Shown one piece after another: positions 59,143-64,000 of a stretch of 64,000 nt of DNA (within the stretch, counting starts at the first letter, position 1; every line of letters starts with the position of its first letter). The DNA is from a virus (taxonomy: Duplodnaviria; Caudoviricetes). A model generated the notes under the pieces. That model was not told the DNA's origin, searched no databases, and saw nothing but the letters and a program-made list of their open reading frames with translations. The stretch is taken from the IMG/VR virus record IMGVR_UViG_3300021387_001438, positions 11,359 to 75,358 of that record. The stretch is one strand, 5' to 3'. The position numbers and the translations under genes were made by a program.

Positions 59143-60975
59143 CTATCTGAACATTTGGTCCATACATCTTAAGATATTCTCTTCTAACTCATCACAATAG
59201 TTGGATGTGAATATCTTTTTTGCCTTTGGACAATACTTTTCGATGTAGAACTGGTCATCTGTATCACAAATCATGATAACATTCTGATGATTCCATACTT
59301 TGTATCTAGGTCTGGATTCTTTACAATTTACTCCACCATCAAACAATACGAAGTTCCATACTGTTTGACCTTGCTTCTGTAAGTTATGATAGATTCCAAA
59401 GATTTCATCATAGATATCAGTACCTTCGGTACACTCAATTCCCATGTTGTCATCTGTTCTGACTGTATGCCTGTTACCATGAGTTACCAATGTGAACTCG
59501 AATGCTGCATGTTTCTTGGATAACTGCCATAGACTTCTGATGATTGAGTTTGCAACATTCTTATTCCATTCAAATGAACCTGAATTATCACAGAAGAAGT
59601 TGATTCTGAATTTTCCAGCTGTGGCATTCAATCCATTTGGATTTGGCTTATCAAACCATCGGTATGTTTCTACTCGTCCTACACGATGAACATTCTTTGG
59701 ATTGATTCTTCCAGAATATCCTGCTAAGGATTTCGCCTCAATGGATTTCTTCTTCAACATTCTTAAGATGTACTGCTCTGCTTGGTTTGAGAACTTTGGA
59801 GTACAGTTATATTGATTGATGACTTGCTTGCTGTATTCTTCTTTTAAGACTTCTGCAAGCTGCTCTGCTGCATCATCAATATCTTCACCTTGGAATCCAT
59901 GTTTCTGTAATGCATCTTTGATAATGTCTTGTAGTTCTTGGTCATTTACACCTTTGGCATGCTTTCCAAGGTCTTGACTATTATCTTGACTTGTCTGCTG
60001 GGATTCAGATGACTGACTATCAGATTCATCTTTAGAATTGTCTGATTCATTCTGTCCATCGACAGAATCTTCAGATTCATCTTCATCTTCCTGATTACCA
60101 TCACCTGCTTCTAGGTTATCTTCATCAGATTGGTCACTAGAATTGGATGGGGTACCATTTGGAGATGACTGCTGATTACTATTTTGTTGATTAGACTGTT
60201 GGGATTGGCCAGATTGCTGTCCAGCCAACTGTTCATACATCTTATATTTTATATAACATGCAAAGATTACATCTAGTATTCTACCACCATAGTCTCTTTG
60301 CTCACCATATTTTGATTTTGAATTGACATTGTATGTATCATAGATTACATCATATACTAGCTTTACAATTTCTGGTTCAATATCATTGAATCTTACTATA
60401 CGATAGAAGAATTCATAGAAGTTCTTGAAGCCTTTGTTATTTGGGTCATACTTACTAATTTTCTTTATGAAGTTCGGAAAGTCTACCTTTAAGAAGATTC
60501 CTTTATTTAATGTTTCAATTCTTTGGTCTTCAAAGACATTGATTAAACTTTGGATTAATGGCTTATCATCATAGATTGGCTTTATTACATTTAAGACATA
60601 ATCATATGTGCTTCTTATATTTGGATATTTACCTGCATTAATTTCAGCTTGTAGCTGACTATTACCATCTAATACTCTAAATGTTTTAGACCTATAGATT
60701 GCATAGTATGTATCCATTGCACATGAATACAAATCTTTTGGAGTAAGCATTGTATGAGATACTTCATGATATAGAAGACATCTTGCATCTTCTTCTATTG
60801 TATTATCATTCATGATATCAGCAAGCATTGGATATGATATCACGATTTTATAATTCATTGGGTCATAATATGAAGCTTTGCAAGTTTCAGATAGCTGAGC
60901 ATTGATTCTTGCACCTAGGTAATAACCTATTGGTAAAGTTTTTACTATTTCATTTACTTCTGCGAATGTTAACAT
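59143..60975 (-). CDS. VWA-domain protein (CobT-like) with N-terminal HExxH motif
   Basis: LLYHEVSH, VFEDQRIE, Q/S/D/E-rich linker, MIDAS motif CDNSGSF, FDG. Confidence 0.75.
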   Translation of the reverse strand: MLTFAEVNEIVKTLPIGYYLGARINAQLSETCKASYYDPMNYKIVISYPMLADIMNDNTIEEDARCLLYHEVSHTMLTPKDLYSCAMDTYYAIYRSKTFRVLDGNSQLQAEINAGKYPNIRSTYDYVLNVIKPIYDDKPLIQSLINVFEDQRIETLNKGIFLKVDFPNFIKKISKYDPNNKGFKNFYEFFYRIVRFNDIEPEIVKLVYDVIYDTYNVNSKSKYGEQRDYGGRILDVIFACYIKYKMYEQLAGQQSGQSQQSNQQNSNQQSSPNGTPSNSSDQSDEDNLEAGDGNQEDEDESEDSVDGQNESDNSKDESDSQSSESQQTSQDNSQDLGKHAKGVNDQELQDIIKDALQKHGFQGEDIDDAAEQLAEVLKEEYSKQVINQYNCTPKFSNQAEQYILRMLKKKSIEAKSLAGYSGRINPKNVHRVGRVETYRWFDKPNPNGLNATAGKFRINFFCDNSGSFEWNKNVANSIIRSLWQLSKKHAAFEFTLVTHGNRHTVRTDDNMGIECTEGTDIYDEIFGIYHNLQKQGQTVWNFVLFDGGVNCKESRPRYKVWNHQNVIMICDTDDQFYIEKYCPKAKKIFTSNYCDELEENILRCMDQMFR

Positions 60976-60989
60976 AGACATTCCTCCTT

Positions 60990-61550
60990 TTATATTTTAG
61001 ATTTTTGTAGCTTTTTCCATTTTGATAAATCTTCACTATCAAGTTTAATTTTATGACTTATTCCATTTATATTATCACTAATCTTAGTATCTAAGTCAGG
61101 AATATTAATTCCATTTTTTTCAATAATTTTTAAAACTTTTGGAGTAAAATCAATGGTAATTCTATGCCATACTAATCCATAAAGTTCACTATGTGAATAT
61201 ATTATGAGTTCAAGTATTGGTCCACATATATTACATATATTTAATTTATATGACATAAGTGGAGGCATATTAATGTTCTTAATAAAATTATTAAAAATCC
61301 TTAGGTTAATTGGAGAGCTAGAAGGGACTTCATTAGGGGCAAGTTCATAATTAATACCATATTGAGCAACCGAATTTTTTGATATTTTGGCTGGAGTACC
61401 AGAAATTATTTTATTAAGGTAATTATAAATTTCCTTTTTTTGATTAGTAAGATTAAGATTTATAAGTTTTGTTCCACAATGAGGACAAAAATTATCATCT
61501 ACATTATTAGTAGTATACTCACAATTTTTACAAGTTTTTATTACTTTCAT
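60990..61550 (-). CDS. Zinc-ribbon hypothetical protein
   Basis: CKNC...FCPHCGTKL; AAGGAG RBS. Confidence 0.6.
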   Translation of the reverse strand: MKVIKTCKNCEYTTNNVDDNFCPHCGTKLINLNLTNQKKEIYNYLNKIISGTPAKISKNSVAQYGINYELAPNEVPSSSPINLRIFNNFIKNINMPPLMSYKLNICNICGPILELIIYSHSELYGLVWHRITIDFTPKVLKIIEKNGINIPDLDTKISDNINGISHKIKLDSEDLSKWKKLQKSKI

Positions 61551-61566
61551 ATTTGTTTTTTTCTCC

Positions 61567-61785
61567 TTAATCATTAAAATTTTCTGGAAGTGCTTCAAAT
61601 ACATAATCCATGAAAGCATCAACTGTTTCTATATTCTCTTCGAATGGAGTATTATCAAGTTCTTCACACTCAATATAGTCAAGAGCAGTGGCAGCGCCAT
61701 TACTGGAATTGATATGAGACTTTTGCTCATCTGTTAAGTTATTAAATTTTCTAATTAGTTCTTTTAGTAATTCTGTTTTAATCAT
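61567..61785 (-). CDS. Hypothetical protein
   Basis: AAGGAG RBS. Confidence 0.6.
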   Translation of the reverse strand: MIKTELLKELIRKFNNLTDEQKSHINSSNGAATALDYIECEELDNTPFEENIETVDAFMDYVFEALPENFND

Positions 61786-61830
61786 ATTATTTTTCTCCTT
61801 AAATTTTTTCTTTTTTTTTTTAGTTTGAGC

Positions 61831-61858
61831 AAGTACGCACTCACTAGAATGCGTACTT
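61831..61858 (-). terminator. Hairpin over the AAA gene stop codon
   Basis: AAGTACGCA / TGCGTACTT inverted repeat. Confidence 0.45.
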
Positions 61859-62932
61859 AGCTAATGTATCTGCACTAGTCTCATAATACTTCAACTCAGC
61901 TGCTCTATCGACGATAGGCTCTGGAAGAATTATGTCCTGTGCATTGACGATATCATTCATTGTAGCAATTACTTTGAAGTTAGGACTAATTTCTATTAGA
62001 TTACCTTCAAAGTATATCTTATCTTTGTTATCTAAGAAGTTCTGCATGAATCTCATGGTATCTATCGGCAATAAACCAAACTCATCTAGGATTATTGGCT
62101 CACCATTTATCATGGCTTCCTGGAATTCACTTGGTTTGAACTGTGGATTACCATTTGCATCATTGAATGTGAAGGTCTTCATCAAATCTGTTGCATCCAT
62201 GGTACCTGAGCAAGCAATTATCTTTGCTGTTGGATTTTGTAGCATGGCGGTTGTGGTTTTACCACTTCCAGCTGGACCATAGAATATTACCAATCTGTTG
62301 TTGACCTTGTTTGTCATATTTGGAGCAAGTTGCTGAATATCTTTGATGATATTCTTCCACTCATCTGACTTTATCTTATTTGCCACATCATTTGTATACA
62401 TATGACCAATCAATTTGAAATAACCATTCACATATGCAGCTGCGCTTGTGTATGACTTTGAATTATAGCATAATGTATTGACAAATCTTGGAGATGGATT
62501 GAACTTGAACTCCGAGAAGAAGTTGACTAGCCTTGTTGCTATGCTAGTCTTTAGTTCTGCTAATGCAGCCAGCATTGCAGCTTGCTTTGCAGCATCATCT
62601 TGCTCTTGGTCAGGCTGACTTTGATTTTGGTCAGGTTGCTGAGGTTGAGTTTGCTGAGTCTGCTGTACGGGTCTTGGATTACCTTGTCTGCGATAAGGAT
62701 ATCCAATCGTATTTGGATTTGGATATGCAACTCGTAAGTCTAAGGCTTTCTGAGATGCACTGTCTGGACGGCCGGATTTTTCATCCATGATAATCTCGTC
62801 CAATTTGTTAAGTACTGTTTGGTCGGTGATGACATACCAACCATTTTCCCACCATATATTTGTGGTTGTTATTTTACCACGGTGGATGGAGACAACTGCT
62901 CCGCGATTAGTTTTTAATGTTGATAAATCCAT
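61844..62932 (-). CDS. MoxR/CobS-like AAA+ ATPase
   Basis: Walker A YGPAGSGKT, Walker B IILDEFG, FKVIATMN, PIVDR. Confidence 0.85.
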   Translation of the reverse strand: MDLSTLKTNRGAVVSIHRGKITTTNIWWENGWYVITDQTVLNKLDEIIMDEKSGRPDSASQKALDLRVAYPNPNTIGYPYRRQGNPRPVQQTQQTQPQQPDQNQSQPDQEQDDAAKQAAMLAALAELKTSIATRLVNFFSEFKFNPSPRFVNTLCYNSKSYTSAAAYVNGYFKLIGHMYTNDVANKIKSDEWKNIIKDIQQLAPNMTNKVNNRLVIFYGPAGSGKTTTAMLQNPTAKIIACSGTMDATDLMKTFTFNDANGNPQFKPSEFQEAMINGEPIILDEFGLLPIDTMRFMQNFLDNKDKIYFEGNLIEISPNFKVIATMNDIVNAQDIILPEPIVDRAAELKYYETSADTLAKYAF

Positions 62933-62933
62933 A

Positions 62934-62969
62934 TTTTTCTCACTTTCTGTTTTATAGACTATGCTGTCT
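62934..62969 (-). repeat. 36-bp leader repeat, copy 1 (identical to 63576-63611)
   Basis: Plus strand TTTTTCTCACTTTCTGTTTTATAGACTATGCTGTCT; includes the AAAGTGAG RBS. Confidence 0.9.
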
Positions 62970-63002
62970 TATTATTTTTTGATTTACTACTATGAAAGAC
63001 AA

Positions 63003-63023
63003 AGGCTGCATATTATGCAGCCT
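63003..63023 (-). terminator. Hairpin over the stop codon of 63013
   Basis: AGGCTGCAT / ATGCAGCCT inverted repeat followed by TTGTCTTT on the minus strand. Confidence 0.55.
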
Positions 63024-63570
63024 CACTTTCTTTAATTTGGTCTAATGCTTCTTTTATTGTATCTGCATCAAATCTAAAGAATCTTTTAAGCACAGCGGCA
63101 AGTTCTGGTTTTGATTTGAATAAGAACTGTCTTGCGTCTTCATCTGAATTGACATAGCCATAATCAACTACTATGAAATTATCATTATTAGCACAGTCAT
63201 GGATATTTAATACATAGGTATCATTATCTATGCTAAAGTCAAAATCATTAAATTTCTTTGGTATCATTCCAAATACTTCTTTGGCGACATCACATGCTGC
63301 AATATAGTCTGGGTCATCAGTATCTATATTATCCATAATAATTTCTGCGTCTTCACATAGTTCAGTAAGCAGCCAGCAATATGCTTCTTTTGCATCATCA
63401 CTTAATTCAATAATTTCTGTTGATACATCAGGATGATAAGATTCAAAGAAGTCTAAGACACTAATTTCACCTAGTAGGTTGCCTGTACAAGCAAATCTTT
63501 CTGCATTGGTAAATTCATTGTTGTAGCAGTCTTTAATCTGCTGTAATAAAGTTTGTAATTCTTGGTTCAT
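63013..63570 (-). CDS. Hypothetical early protein (acidic)
   Basis: Start MNQELQ follows the shared 36-bp leader. Confidence 0.7.
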   Translation of the reverse strand: MNQELQTLLQQIKDCYNNEFTNAERFACTGNLLGEISVLDFFESYHPDVSTEIIELSDDAKEAYCWLLTELCEDAEIIMDNIDTDDPDYIAACDVAKEVFGMIPKKFNDFDFSIDNDTYVLNIHDCANNDNFIVVDYGYVNSDEDARQFLFKSKPELAAVLKRFFRFDADTIKEALDQIKESEAA

Positions 63571-63575
63571 ATTTG

Positions 63576-63611
63576 TTTTTCTCACTTTCTGTTTTATAGA
63601 CTATGCTGTCT
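63576..63611 (-). repeat. 36-bp leader repeat, copy 2
   Basis: Identical to 62934-62969. Confidence 0.9.
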
Positions 63612-63655
63612 GATTTTAAAGACTTTACTGTCTGATTTTAAAGACTTTACTGTCT
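63606..63655. repeat. Tandem repeat, 22 bp x2 plus partial
   Basis: CTGTCTGATTTTAAAGACTTTA at 63606 and 63628, then CTGTCT. Confidence 0.9.
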
Positions 63656-63739
63656 TATTTGTTTAGTATAGGGGGCCCCGGGGGCTATACTATTTATATA
63701 ATAAAAAATGACTTAAGTTTGATTTAAGTCATTCATTAT

Positions 63740-63975
63740 TATTTACAATTTTATTATACAATATTTTTTGATTATTCAAAATCGCAAAATATTATATTTT
63801 AATTTTAATTAAGAATTTTGTCTCTTAATTATTTACAACTTTATTATATTATAATTTGATAATATTTAAAATCGCAAAATTTTATATTTTAATTTTTTTG
63901 ATTTTTAAAAGTTGTTTCTTATTTATTTTCAACTTTATTATATTATATTTTTATAATATTTAAAATCGCAAGATA
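63740..63975 (-). promoter_or_regulatory. Three tandem ~90-bp units carrying early promoters
   Basis: AAAATCGCAA at 63778, 63868 and 63962; on the minus strand two units read TTGCGA-18 nt-TATAAT. Confidence 0.65.
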
Positions 63976-64000
63976 AGATATATTTTTAAATTTCAAATTT

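Noticed and set aside
1-64000. Stop-codon reassignment (code 4 or 15)
   Set aside because: Genes tile densely under code 11, and TAA, TAG and TGA all end well-supported genes.
1-64000. tRNA, rRNA, integrase or transposase genes
   Set aside because: No cloverleaf/T-loop signature or recombinase motifs recognised by eye; tRNAscan-SE would be needed to exclude tRNAs fully.

Overview
This window is part of an AT-rich tailed dsDNA phage genome with a contractile tail. It uses standard genetic code 11 (TGA acts as a stop, e.g. at 8025 and 53719). Strong AGGAGG ribosome-binding sites and sigma70-type promoters suggest a low-GC Bacillota host (inference). Plus-strand block 1-22351 is virion morphogenesis: baseplate genes, a DUF2213-type head protease with a long extension, scaffold, decoration protein, DUF2184-type major capsid, neck/terminator, sheath, tube, holin-like genes, DUF4054 connector, a 1684-aa protein and a cassette of modular fibre-like genes. 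Minus-strand block 22421-63570 holds the terminase large subunit, family B DNA polymerase, dUTPase, ThyX, prim-pol, SSB, AAA recombinase, PD-(D/E)XK nuclease, SF3 and SNF2 helicases, many small accessory genes and an early MoxR-AAA/VWA pair. Portal, tape measure, baseplate J and endolysin were not recognised and probably lie outside the window. The standout locus is 49462-51103: a lone Cas7/RAMP-like gene (50130-50720, minus) with no other cas gene and no CRISPR array. It is flanked on both sides by non-coding arrays with a 5-nt periodic NGY-NN grammar (GGT/GGC/AGT/TGT triplets separated by variable dinucleotides, with an occasional 6-nt step). This looks like a minimal RNA-guided system with a gapped guide code. 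From memory it resembles the recently reported phage VIPR systems; I cannot verify that here. All protein family calls are from motif recognition by eye, not database searches.
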